Part shown: one piece after another, positions 41,989-54,417 of the stretch
Layout of the letters: each line of letters opens with the position of its first letter
Numbering within the stretch: the stretch's first letter is position 1
From: Phoronis australis
Taxonomy: Eukaryota; Animalia; Phoronida
Length of the DNA stretch: 64,000 bases
Direction: 5' to 3'
Assembly: GCA_002633005.1 (NCBI GenBank)
Contig: NMRA01000269.1
Location: 407,169 to 471,168 of the forward strand
The notes under the pieces: model-generated
Databases searched by the model: none
Told to the model about the DNA's origin: nothing
What the model saw: only the letters and a program-made list of their open reading frames with translations
Translations under genes and position numbers: made by a program

Positions 41989-42112
41989 GTTTTTCTAGTC
42001 AATAGCTCAAGGACTCTTAGTTTGTGGGAAAAAATGGATGCAAGATGGCGTTTCTCTAGTCAACACCTCAAGGACTCTAGTTTGTGGGCAAAATTGGATG
42101 CAAGATGGCGCT
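41989..42112. repeat. Tandem duplication, 2 x about 61 bp, each ending in CAAGATGGCG
   Basis: CTAGTCAA..CTCAAGGACTC..AGTTTGTGGG.AAAA.TGGATGCAAGATGGCG twice. Confidence 0.88.
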
Positions 42113-43339
42113 GTGACAGCCATCTTTTCAATAATTTTCATCATATCTTTACTAAACCTTTTCAATTTTGGTATGTATATAGATTTCTTCACGGGCTATC
42201 TCCAATGCGTGATAGGTTTCTGCCTACGGCTTAGCGGCCTCGAGATATACCAGGTTTCTGGTTTGACTGATTCTTCAATGCACATTAATGGATTATTTAC
42301 TCTACATTCAAATAAATAGTCATTGGGGTTGTGATTGTTGACACTCGTAGTTTCATCATCGACCACACTTTTAAATTTTTATTCGAATTCGTCAAGTGTC
42401 ACTCCTCAGAGCACTTTCATTTTATTCCTTGTTCAGATTAGAAACTTGATTTTTTTGCCTTGAAAGACACTGTTGATACATCACTGCTTCACTCCAGGCT
42501 CGTGAAGTTTGCATGCCACGGCAGGAATTCCCGATGTCTCATTGCAACCAATTTCAATTCCAGCAAGGGATAAGAATACAATGGCATTGCTGCTTCGGTA
42601 GTGCAAATACATCTGTGAAGACGGGCATTTTGACACTAGAAAACAGCTTTCAGCAAACTTCCAACAGCCATTAGTTTACAAGCAATTCCACAAATTTTGC
42701 ACATGATGGGTGGATACTAAGTCTATCCGTGGAAAGTGGATTAAAATGCCACTCGACGGCACATCACAGAAGAATGCTATGTTTGGCCTAGTTTTCGGAA
42801 TCGAGACCGTTATACAAAGAATGATACAACCACGGTTATTATACACCATTAAGTAACTGGCTAATATGCTAGACAAGAGCTTTTCTACCATTTTCACCAG
42901 TACGCAAAATGGCAGTTATGACAACGGGGAGAGAGGTCTCACTTTTGCTGGAGCTCCGCTGGTGGTTTGAATTACCCTAAAAACTTCAGGCATTTTCACT
43001 AGCAGTTTTGAAGTCTGACAAAAGGTAACACATTTGTCTAGGAAAGAGGACTGTAATTCATCAATAGATTAACAAACTTAATCCAAAAGGTGAACATGAT
43101 CAGAAAACAATTTTTGCTTTAAAACCAATTTGAGTGGTGGGAAAGTTAACAAACTAATTGTTGGTGAAAATGACCGCTATGTCTCGGTAAAGCGCTAGCA
43201 ATATCTTGTTGCATACCAGTTTATTAGTTATCAAAACTGAAAAAAGAACAGCGCCACTTCAGAGACTGAACATGTCTGCAGCAAAACGATGGTCGACTGA
43301 TTTATGGTGAGAAATGACAAATCTGATAGATTAGTCTTA

Positions 43340-43490
43340 ATTTTTGGTCATTAAAAACCAAAAATATTAGAATAACCGTATCAGGCTAAAGAAATACATA
43401 AATTCCATTCGAAATCTCTAATTCCGTCAAAGAAGTCAGATTCCCTGAATTCCATTCGTTTTCGTTATCATGGAAAGTCAGGATCTCTAC
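43340..43490. repeat. Interspersed repeat, second copy at about 61438-61580
   Basis: TTTTGGT..TAA..A.CAAAAA.A.TAGAATAA, AAAGAA..CAG..ATTCC.TGAATTCCA, GGAAA..CAG shared. Confidence 0.5.
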
Positions 43491-43857
43491 AACTAACAAT
43501 AAAAACGCTAGCATTTTTGCCAGTATGCAAACAAGGCAAACACACTACACATGCAGTGACCGTCTACATAGACCTGCATTTCATAAGAATCAAAATCCTT
43601 AACACAAACGGCAGTTCTCCACTAACTTAGTTCACAACATGGCAAGACAGGTGAATTTTTATTTTTAACATTTTTCCGGGAAAACAAAGATTAAGGAAAT
43701 TTCAGCATATTATTAGCATTGCTTGCAGTGCGTAGAGGTTATAAAAGGGTAAACACTCCTGTCATTTGCCGCACGCTAATCAGCCTTTAAATGAGGAAAT
43801 ATAACAATTCTGACAAGTCAGAGGAGAATTACCATACTTATAGTGGCGAGATCTTAC

Positions 43858-44379
43858 CTGTTTGGGAATATGTAGAGGGGGTAGTTTCGCCTTAGCTGGC
43901 CCATTAATAACACCATTGTGACGTTTCACATCATGACTAGATTTTGGTAGGGGCTGGCGAAAGTGATTGCCTGCGTCACTGGGGGCGTGAATACGGACAG
44001 GAGAGATGGACCCAGGATTCGTCTTTCCGCATTTCTCCAGTTTCTGATCCACCGCTTTTTGTTCCCTGTGGGCCGTGTCATGGTCACTTGACCGAGAAGT
44101 CCTTTGGTCAGTTCGCAGACCACTGTCCTTGCGATCATGGCCTGTTTTGCCGAGGCTCTCAGCATGTGATGTGGATCGGTTGGTGCTGGGGTGGTGACTA
44201 GAAGTGTCCGATATGATTGGCTGAGCAGCAGGGAAGGCTTGAACCCCAAATTTGGCAAGAGGAGTGGCAGGAGCCTTTGGAGCACCCACTAGCGCGTTGA
44301 TGTCAGGACGAGACTGGAACTCCTCATATGTACCAAGAACACCTTTGATTTTCAGAGACAATGGATCATTATGCTCTTT
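43858..44379 (-). CDS. AFF4: AFF family exon B, 522 nt/174 aa, phase 0-0: KEHNDPLSLKIKGVLGTYEEF...[14 protein letters not shown]
   Basis: Acceptor tcctcttttcag|AAA and donor CAG|gtaaga, inside ORF 43780..44466. DPLSLKIKGVLGTYEEF..LVGAPK resembles AFF4 [35 protein letters not shown] resembles AFF KAxLxKxxIPxQ. Confidence 0.92.
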
Positions 44380-46818
44380 CTGAAAAGAGGAGGACCAACA
44401 AATGTTATTCTCTGTCAAAAAGAAACCAGAGAGAGCATGTATTAAGGCATTACCCGGTAATTCCAAGACTATTACGGATCATTTTTGAAAAAAATACTCA
44501 ATATATACTCTATTTATTTAAAGCCCCCGAGTTCAAAATTATAAAGTGAATATCTTAAGTTTGATTTACGAAGTACATTTGATACCTTATCATGAAATGG
44601 ATATCTTAAGTTCGATTTACGATATACATAATCTGCACATTTTCAATCAAAAATTCCAGTGATCTTTTTCACACCTGCTTCAGTGGAAAACGTCTTATTC
44701 ATTGACAAGACTGTAGATGGCGCTGGCCTTAAAAAATGTGCTTAAATTTTCTTTTTGTTCTTCAAGTCACCACTTCACGTTGAGGAATATCAGTCCATTG
44801 AGTACAGTTTTGAATTAAAGTCTCTGTTTAATTTGAGGGTCCGAGTAAAGTTTGGTGGTCATGTGCCCGGGGCCTGTATTGGCTACATCACACATAGTAA
44901 GTCAATATATACATCTCAACCGTACATTAATAAATGGAAAGACTCCAGGAAAGAAATGGGGACTGATCACGTGAATTGGTGACTCTCATCGCAGCCTGGC
45001 TGTACCAAAAGGTACTTCTTTTCCGCAGCGAGTGCCATAGAGGAACGCGTTTCAACTTCGTGCGAAAAAACTTTCAGAGTGCAAGTGATAAGACAGGATG
45101 CATTTAAAACAGACGTGACATTGTCTCCTGTGTCCTCTAGAGGCCGCCAATGTCTGGTCCCACATGATCAGTTGGAATGTTGCTACTAGAATGTCCCCCA
45201 TTACTTATCTCCCCTTTTCATCAGTTTAGCCACAACCATCACAGTTCTAGCTGGTTACCATTTACTGGACCTGGTGCAGCCATGAGCCCCAGGGCAGAAA
45301 GAAAGAGAATATGGGGCAATGGATACCACTCTCCCCTGCAACGCTGGCATTCCCAAAATTCAAATAGACGGTATCAGATCAAGCTTTTTCAAGATTTGTT
45401 GCCGTCTCTCGTACCATCGAGGCAAAAACGTTTATTTATGCGAGTGTTTATGGATCGTTAGCGTTTACATCATCAAAACATAAAGTTGAAAATAAGGAAC
45501 AAACCGTGAACAAGTAAAACGCATGTAAAGCATTAGTAGACGAAATTGCGAGGTTGTGCCTGGCACCTTCGACTTAACTGGTGAAATAAAGCACAAACAT
45601 GACATTCAAGCTGGAAACAAAACCTTGTGGCTTATAACATGAATCCCAGATGGGGAGAGCAGTCAAAACAACAGGGTGTACCATGGGTTGACTAACCTTA
45701 GAAAACTTCTGGTTTGTTAATACCTAGGATCCACTTTCAGAATGAGTGTAAAAACATTTTGATGGTGCGAGCAATAAAGTAAATGGAGTGTACAGCTGGG
45801 AAAAATGGGCCACTCACCCTTTTACAAAATGGGACTGAAAAGGGGACCCATTACGAAGTAACCACGTGGGACAAAAATAACTTTGGAAAAATTTTAGTCC
45901 TGCAAAATTACTCCATTCGTTATTTCAATAACCCTAACTCCACAAGTAAATCCTCACAGAGGAAATTCAGTTCCAAAAAGTGCTGCATTATTGGCAATTT
46001 GCCATGAACTAGCCCACCCTCATGAGAGAAGTACGCGTCTTGTATACTTCCCATAAGAATATCCCTCCATCCCCCCAAAAAAACACTCATTGGAGTTAGT
46101 TTTTCACTGGTCAAAAAGGAATAACGAAGTGATGCAACATTCCTTCGTTAGTTAAGATAAGCAACATATTATATCACCAGCATACCCACTGAACCACATT
46201 AGCAGCCATTGCATATCTGAGGTCAAATGGATTAAGACCACAGATGGCATCTGCGTTGACCATTTGAAATGAGACGCGTACAAAGGTGATGCCAAAACGG
46301 AGTCCAATGAGACAATCCTTCAAGCTGCGCTGTCTTTATTGTTGATGTATTTTACTGTTTTTGGAAAATCTCATTCAGAAAAAAAACTGTTCTAAAGAAA
46401 CAAAGGGTTTGAGAAGGAGTGCGCCGCCTGACACAACAAGAAAATTTTACTGCTGTGGCCATATTTACTGTGATGAATTAAGCTTTCCCAAACAGTTACG
46501 CCGCTGGATTAAATTTTATACCAGTCGTTAATCCCATGTTCTGAGGAGGAGTAAATTTAACCACGCAGTACGTTTAGCTTAGTAGTAAATGACCAGTCCC
46601 ACTGAAGCTGAGCCGCATGTGGTCCGAGGCAGTACAGAATGTTACGCTGGGGGAGTGAACTTTCAGCGGGAAAGTAAATGCGGTGGTAGGCAGTCAACCA
46701 CCTACCGTGCAAAAGACACAAACACAAACTGTACTGTGGCGTAATAAGTATATACATACTCTTCTCCATGAACATACAACATATAGCCATGACAATGGCT
46801 GTTCAGGTAGATACCCAC

Positions 46819-46933
46819 CTTGACGGGGTCCCTGAACAGTGGTTTTTTGGGCTCTTCTGCCTCAAGTTGGCGTGTGGTGTACTCACGGTCTAGCTGGGCC
46901 TGCTTTTTCAACATCAGCCGCTGCTCAAGGGCC
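46819..46933 (-). CDS. AFF4: AF4/FMR2 family (AFF/lilliputian) internal coding exon A, 115 nt, phase 2 to 0: (x)ALEQRLMLKKQAQLDREYTTRQLEAEEPKKPLFRDPVK
   Basis: Acceptor ctctgttgttacag| and donor AAG|gtgggt. PLFRDPVK matches the AFF motif PLFAEPYK at the start of the Cyclin T1-binding segment (recalled human AFF4). The symbol denotes the family; this is probably the single invertebrate orthologue of AFF1-4. Confidence 0.88.
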
Positions 46934-49900
46934 CTGTAACAACAGAGGGCAACACTAGATGAATGGATAAACACACTGGCAAAACACTATAGGTGTACAC
47001 CTTCTCTCACCAGGGATCCAATGCAAGACACTCTTACCGAGAACTGACCTATCGCAAACTCCGCCTCCTTGAGAAATGTCGACCAACAAACAATAAGTTT
47101 TACCCGGCAACGTGTTGTTTGTCAGGTAAAATGGCGGCTTAGAAAGAAAGGTGTGTCAAGAAGGCTGCGTTCTCATTGGTCATTTAAGCCGTCACTCAAA
47201 GTCCTAACGATAGGTCAATTGTGATGAGAAATGTCACGTTATGGAACAGAAACAAGAGTGTTAAATTTGTTCTTTATTCATTGATTGGCAATTCGTGACA
47301 TTTCAAAACTTGCCTACCCTTCCATACGTGCCTGTGTGCAGCTTTCCAAGAAATAACAAGAGAACTTGGCTAAAATTGATGTGGATAGGAGAGGGTTTTT
47401 GTTTTTTAGTCTGTGAGCACAGGTATTAAAATGAGTCCAGGTAAAGGCCAGAACCAACCATGTTCTTTGACATTACAGCAAGGTGCCTTAGCGATGAAAT
47501 CTCTTGTGTTGTCCCGGACACAGCTCTACTTAATCACCAACCAAATGACAATGATCTCGGTGAACTCGGAATGACAGTTATGGACTTTGATTAAAGCACC
47601 TGGTACAGACAAGTGAGAAAGTTTAAGGAGAGGTGAAGCGCAGGGCAGGACCTGCTGCCACTTTTCTGCTACACAAGTATTTGGTTCCGAAATGAACCAC
47701 AACATGCATGACTACTTAGGAAAAAATAAAAATTAGTAAAAAAAAATTTTAAAATATAATTAGAATAAAAGTGAGAAAAAGAGAAAACCGAACCAATGCA
47801 CTTCAGTTCATAGCAAATGGCCTTAACTGTCTAACATTAAGAATCTTAACTAATGTCACCTTTCTAAAAACACTGCAATTTGTCCATTCTGGGTATATTT
47901 CAGCATCTTTCAAAATAAGTGACATCAAAAAACTGTGAAGTTATCTTGAGCTTTCATACTAAATATGGCAGTTTAAACCAAGATCAAAAATTGAGCACAT
48001 AATTCAACAATAAATAAAATAAAATAAAATCCCTACGTATATATAGTAGAAGTGTATATGTTTCAAAATCACGTAGTATTAACATAACACGGGCGATTAT
48101 TAACATTGACCTCTTCTGGTCACTTTGGCAACACCAGTATACGTTTCCATAACAACAGCGCATCAAGGATCCAAATCTACCAACGGCCCAGCCAATGAAA
48201 CGCAAATATGCGTGCAATGAACGGTGGACTTTTCAAAATATCGCATTTTTGCCGACAACATCTCTCAACAGCATTGTTTCTATGGCATAGTTGCAAACGT
48301 CTGACAATCCAGTCGATATCTTTCTAAAAACATTGGTTTAAACAGGCCTTGCTTTCCTGTTCAAGTGAACGGTAAATGCACGTGAATTAATTAGTTAACT
48401 CTACCCGATTACAAAATGAAGATGGGCGAAGCCGTGGACTCGTATGTGGCGCAGTTGCTGCAAGAATTTCCGTTAGTGTAGAGTTATACCATTGGTTCTT
48501 CCTACTTTTTGATGTCGAATTAAAACAAACACTCCGAGGGTATTAAATATAAGACTATAAGAATGCTGTGCAAGACATTAGACAGAGAGAAAAGATGGGC
48601 TCAACTGTCAAGACCATGTTGGCATGTACGATTAAAATACGACTCGCTTTACCAAGACACTTCACTCAGACTGTCTACTTCGTGGGAAGCAAGACAATAC
48701 TGCTGAAAACTCTACCTCTAGTTGTTAGATTTTTTTGACTTGGTCAATCTTGTCACCACTAGCAGAACAGTCGTAACCTTTTTTACAAAAATACTTCCAC
48801 ATACAATTCCATTTTGAAGTCATTGAATAAACAAATAGGATTTATGTTTTGTCAGTGGCATTTATATTTCCACTTCACTGTACTGTGTTTTTACATAAGT
48901 GGATACACTATTACATGGCGCCACGGTCACAGTAAGTACTGCCGGACCACCAGTGCTGGTGGGAACTAGGTGTATTTGGTCATTTTTTTGAAAATTTGGA
49001 CTCCCAGTTTTGAAATCCTGTATAAGCTCCTGGACCAAATAAAAAGTTTATTTTATGTCAGAAGCAGGGTTCGAAGCAGCTTTAAATGTCGTTTTGTCAA
49101 CACCGTCAAAACTAACTCTACCAGGGAGAAAGTTAAACAGAATAAGGACTACAAGTACCTTCATAGTTGTCAAAGTTGCGTCAAAACACAGCCTGTTTAC
49201 CACTTCATGTTCAGAACTGTTTTGTCTATCAGCCAAGAACGGTCATCAAGTTAAACGGGTCATCAAGTCAAACAGAGGGGAGTGCGTGAACTAGCATACA
49301 TAAGACTCAACAGTCAAGATTTACAAACGGAGAGGAGACTCACTTCTCAGTCTTGAGATGCCCATTTACCAACCACTTATCATTCGGTAGGGACAGTAAC
49401 GCTCCATGCTGACTACCCATACTTCACAGTCAAAATTCCACCCAAATGGAGAATAAGTGTGCACCAATTTCATTGCCATGTGAACCGCGGTCAAAGTGAA
49501 CCAATTCGCCAGTGATAAAATGGCCACAGCAGGCAAGCTGTCTGCGGGGTCAGTAAAAGACTAAAGAGATGTCATCAGAAGAAAAATTCGTCGAGATGTT
49601 CTCATGTGATTTTGCGTACAAACGATTAGAATTAATATCTGTCATAAGTCGTAACATTACTCACATGAGTAGGTCACATTAATAGCACAATTTAGAAATT
49701 TCTTTGGAAAAGGTTGCAGATGGCACATTTGAAAGTTATCTTTTACATTTACGCACCTAATCAGATTTTGGCAGAACCAGGGAGTGGACATGACCATAAA
49801 AATACGCTCATGGAGGGATTTTCCAACAAAACATTTGTTGAGTCCCTCCCTTGTGACATCCTAGATCAGCCAGTGTATTGTACTACAGACCTACACTATT

Positions 49901-50899
49901 TGGTTACGTAATATCTACCTCTCTTAGGGCACAGACAATAGCGCCCATCAAAGCTCTATAAATATTATTCATCTTGTTTTTGGTGAGATTTTACCAGACA
50001 GCAGTCAAAATTCATAAGGCTTTTTAAAACTAGCCTAACTCCGTATGAGCGCAGCGTCAACGAAAACTGCTTAGTTAGACGAACTGTTCATATTAGTTTA
50101 AGTAGTTAACGGCATCAAAGTAAACAATAGGTGATACTGTCGTCATCAAAGTCATTGCAAGGGAGTGCTGATGCACAAGGTGAAATTCAAGGTAGACTGA
50201 GAAATGGCGGGTTTTTCATCCCGCGCGCGCTAAGATCTTTTAAAGTGGCAATTTGAGAACATTTGTGTGTAATAAATGACACAAAAAATATTTCTAAATC
50301 GACTGGTGATTATTTGAGCAAAATGTTATCAATATTAGTGGCGACACTGCCCTTTAATTACTGACAAGAACAGTGCCCAAGTCGATAACTTCGATAAGGC
50401 CGAAGTTAACCATTCATACTAACCCACAGCGTAGATACTCCACCGTTAAATCCACCTGTTAACTGCGAAGTACCTGTTAACTGCGAAGTTAACTGGCGCC
50501 ATTAACTTCGATCCAGGACCAAAGTTAACTTTTCATTCAGACTGTAACTCCCAAAAACATTGACGCATGACGTCAGTATGAAAGGGCCTATATAGGAAGT
50601 CACACATGACATTGTATATGAAAAACTGGGAGGGTACTGACAAGGCTCCAGTCATCACCATGGGAGCCCAGGGGTTAGCAAATACTACCAAACAGACCTC
50701 ATTATCTCCCTGTTATGGAAACCTCAAAGTTGGGTGACTAGAAACAAAAAACAGATGGGTTTGATTTCTTTAGCAATTCAACCAATTCTAAGATCTGGTG
50801 TGCCACACTCCATAAATGCAAAGCAGTTGCAGTAGACCAACCAATTTTAAGGTCATTTCCAAACACATTTCATGCTTCATGCAGGACCCCAGGAAAATG

Positions 50900-51155
50900 T
50901 CAAAGTTTGGCTAACTTCAGAACATCTCAAAAATGTCTGATCAGATTCATATGATAATTTCAAATAAGTATGCTTCATACATTGCTCTACAAAATACTTC
51001 AGAAATTGTTTTTAAAATGTTCCATTTTTGCATGAGGCTATCAAAAATAACTTTCATGGTTTTTAGGAAAAAATCAAAAGTGGTATAAACAGAATGTTAT
51101 TTCAAAGAACTGAGTAACATCGTTTTTGAGATTTCATCTTGAAATTTACATCAAC
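50900..51155. mobile_element. Family E partial copy (reverse)
   Basis: TTTGGCTAACTTCAG, TTCCATTTTTGCATGAGGCTATCAAAAATA, TTTTTGAGATTTCATCTTGAA. Confidence 0.6.
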
Positions 51156-51513
51156 TGAAATATGGCCACGTATTTTTTTACATATATATTTATTATGATT
51201 GATAAACAAGTACAAAAGCACAAAGAAAAACATCCACTCATACACGCATGCACTCCTCAGGAAAGACCATTCTCGCATAAAGTAAAACGACTGCTTCAGG
51301 GAATAAATGGGAACAACAAAACCTTCCCGCTTCCCAGAAAAGCCGTCACAGACAAAATTGTTTATACACAATTAATTTTTCAGCGTTATAGTACTCATGA
51401 GTATATGCAACAAACGTGTGAATATTAGGTATATTTTTAAGACATCTCTCCTTGTAAATGTACTGTTTGGCTAGTAAAAGCAAAGTGTTAAACAGAAAAT
51501 CCTGTGTCTCAAA

Positions 51514-51936
51514 AGTCCCGTTTAGACATCAACTTTTGGCCTGGTGCAACTGACACGGAGCAAATTGACCCGTGTCAAGCGGCCGTTTACACACACAACT
51601 CACTAACCGTGGCGAGACAGAAATTAAAGGCTGGAGAGACTGGATCGCACATGCGCAGGTTTACAAATGACGAGAGTTGCAGAGACAAAGAACCAGTACG
51701 TAGGTCATTGCACAAGCGCAGTAGAGATGATCCTTTCCGCCTTACTCCAGTTTCGCATTTAGACTTATAATTGACACGGCGCAAGATGTTCGGGCACAAA
51801 TTACTCTACCTCACAAATGGGTGACAAAAATTTGTCACCGCGGTGTCAATTTGCGCCGTGTCAGTCCGTTTACACACTGGAACAACTCGCTCCGTGTCAG
51901 CTGATCCGTGTCAACTTTGTAAGTGTAAACGGCACT
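51514..51936. mobile_element. Harbinger-like MITE related to family B
   Basis: TIRs AGTCCCGTTTAGAC and GTGTAAACGGCACT, subterminal TGACACGGAGC/GCTCCGTGTCA repeats, shared AGAGATGATCCTTTCCGC and CTCTACCTC motifs. Confidence 0.65.
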
Positions 51937-51951
51937 AAAAAGTTATATTAA

Positions 51952-52078
51952 CAATAACAATAATAATAATAATAATAATAATAATAGATAATAATAAACT
52001 TTATTTATAGAGGATAAAATAAAACAGATTTCAAAAAGATGCTTTAGCCAAGGGCTAATATACAGTATGGTCCTCTCA
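51952..52078 (-). mobile_element. Probable 3' end of a non-LTR retroposon with AATAAA and (TTA)n tail
   Basis: Minus strand reads GAGAGGACCATACTG...TCCTCTATAAATAAAGTTTATTATTAT..., a short stem followed by a tandem tail typical of L2/CR1-type ends. Confidence 0.45.
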
Positions 52079-52224
52079 CAGCAATAAATTAAATTAAATT
52101 AAATTAAATCAAATTAAGTTAGATTAAGTTAAGTCCAAGAATAACATTTTTGTAAGAAATACAGTTGGGAAGCTGAATGTGACACTTTTGAATTAATTTT
52201 CTGCATTAATTCCAAAAATCTTCT

Positions 52225-52450
52225 TCAGGGCGACATTTCCAAAAAAGGTGTGACAACACATATGTAGCTTTATTACAAAAGGAAATAAATTAGAAACCCG
52301 AGCTTGGATTTTGACTAAAAAAAGGTATTTGTCACTAAAACCCTGGTCATATTCTAAATTGGAACCATATATTAGGATCCTTTGTAAGTTCATAAGGCAA
52401 TGCGTATATTTTCTTTTAACATAAACTATCTCCCAACTCTATTTCCCATT
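52225..52450 (-). pseudogene. Degenerate L1/Tx1-clade LINE ORF2 C-terminal cysteine-rich (zf-RVT-like) remnant
   Basis: Frameshifted minus-strand reading YELTKDPNIWFQFRI / RVL(V)T / SFCNKATYVLSHLFWKC matches the WFQFRI.HR.L.TN...C.FC.....HLFW.C signature. Confidence 0.7.
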
Positions 52451-53865
52451 TACACTCAAGACATGGTTTCTCGATGTTGACACAACAAATATATCTACAA
52501 CCTTCACATACCGTACTTCCTTAAGTGAATAATTGCTGAAGGCACGCAAGGAGAATAGATATTAACACTTTTAAATTTACTTTGAAGTGCTTTCTTTGAA
52601 ACCTTCTTAGAACAGAAACAGCAATATAAAGGTCATGTAAATTAATACTGCTGTTTTGTTGTGGGTGTGCCTTTCTTGTTTTGCTAAATTTTCCAGAAAG
52701 ACATGGTCACATGACTCAATTAATGACAGATTGGTAAAAAGCCACAAATTAAATTCTACGGGCTTTCAACTTTTAGAGAGTTAAAAGCTAGTTTTGTAGA
52801 TTATTGGCTAAATACCATGACTTGGCGACACGGTTCTTTGTTACCTTAATTACAATAATATTCTCAGCCTCTATGCATTTTCAACCTTGTGCAGTAATCC
52901 GTAGAATATTTTGAACACAGCAGTAGTCGAAATAGTCCTTCCTCAGTTTTTTAAAGTTTTAAAGGCTACTTTGCTCCATGTAATAACATAGGTAAAGGGT
53001 TGCATTGTGGGTAATGAAAAGTACAAACAATGCTTATAATGAAGATTCCTTCTAACGTTTATTTATGTTTCCACCAGGTGGTGTGTGAACAAGTTGAAGA
53101 ATTGACATACAGGTTTCATAATTGGATTTTTAACTATACGCTTTTGATAATTGGAGATTCTGCATCACTATTAAATTATCACATCAATGACCAGATGGAT
53201 TTCCAATTTTCCTAGAATTACACAGATATGATAACAATTTCCACTTTCGACAAGTTATTATCACCACCACAAAACATCTAACTAACCTGACTATTACTGC
53301 AACCCTAGCGAATTCAATCAATTCACTTATTGTACGCTGTGCAGGAAAACAAACATGTATCAGATCTAACCATAATCATAATGAGTAACTGCTGCATTGA
53401 AGAGTTAATAGAGATAGATAGGCTGGAAATGGATGTTTAGATTGACCATATGTTGATAGTGCCTCATTGTCAGGGGTTTCTTGGCAAATTTATGACCAAT
53501 GAAAACAGCATATGACCGCTGGGAGGGGGTGTGCGGGCGGAGGGGCAAAAGAAAAGAGAAGTGGGGTGCCAATAGGAGTGCGACTGGAAGATGCAACGAG
53601 AAGAGAACAAGGGTGCTATCTGCCACAGTTGTGTTTACTGGGTCTGGCCATTGGATAAGGGTAGGGGCCACAGGATACTCTAAGGCCGCAAGTGGATTCG
53701 GCTGAAATGCAACCAAAAGATTTATCAGTTCCACCCCCTAATAACCCAGCGTAATCTTGTTACAGCTGGAGACAAATGATAAGATGAAGACTAGGACACA
53801 TTGTGGAATGAATAACAACAAGCAATAAAACACTTATTTAGCAGTTGTTCACAGACCGTAACATA

Positions 53866-54417
53866 AGCTTTTTTTACATGGGGAACAGTTGTCGCGACGC
53901 ATGCAAGTTGTCACGGCGCAGCGCAAATTGCACTCCTTTAGTTTCAGTTACACAACATTAGACTGGATCACCTTCCAGTCATTTATATAAAGACTGTCTG
54001 CTCACGCTTGCATAAATAATGTAGTTCACTTTTCGCTTAAAAGCTCGATACAGAGTCCCATATAGTGTCACTATAAACGGTTCTGTGCCAAGCTTTCAAA
54101 CAAAAAGTTTAGTCGTGTTTGCAGCAAGGGAAGTTTGCATAAACAATAGCGAACATCCAAACCACGTGGAATGCCACTGGATCATTCATACATACGCTAT
54201 TGCGCAAGCGTAACCGAGATGATCTCTTTCGCTTTGTGTTTTAGACATGAAGTGGAAACTGATCCGAGTGCAACCTGCTCTACCTCTCAAACCAACGACA
54301 AAAATGGCCGCCACGTCATCGACTTATTCCTTGACAGTCATGTTTACAAACACACACACACACACACACACACTTATGCCCGATCAGCTGTTACGTGTCT
54401 CCCGTGTAAATGCGACT
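53866..54417. mobile_element. Harbinger-like MITE family B copy containing (CA)n at about 54350-54373
   Basis: Termini AGCTTTTTTTACATGGGG and CCCGTGTAAATGCGACT. Body aligns by eye to 55774-56362 (ATAAACAAyAGCGAAC, TGCGCAAGC..AGATGATC, GCTCTACCTCTCAAACC, AAAATGGCCGC). Confidence 0.65.

Noticed and set aside
43780-44466. Stand-alone 228-aa gene
   Set aside because: Only 43858-44379 is an exon with canonical splice sites; the ORF ends are intronic read-through.
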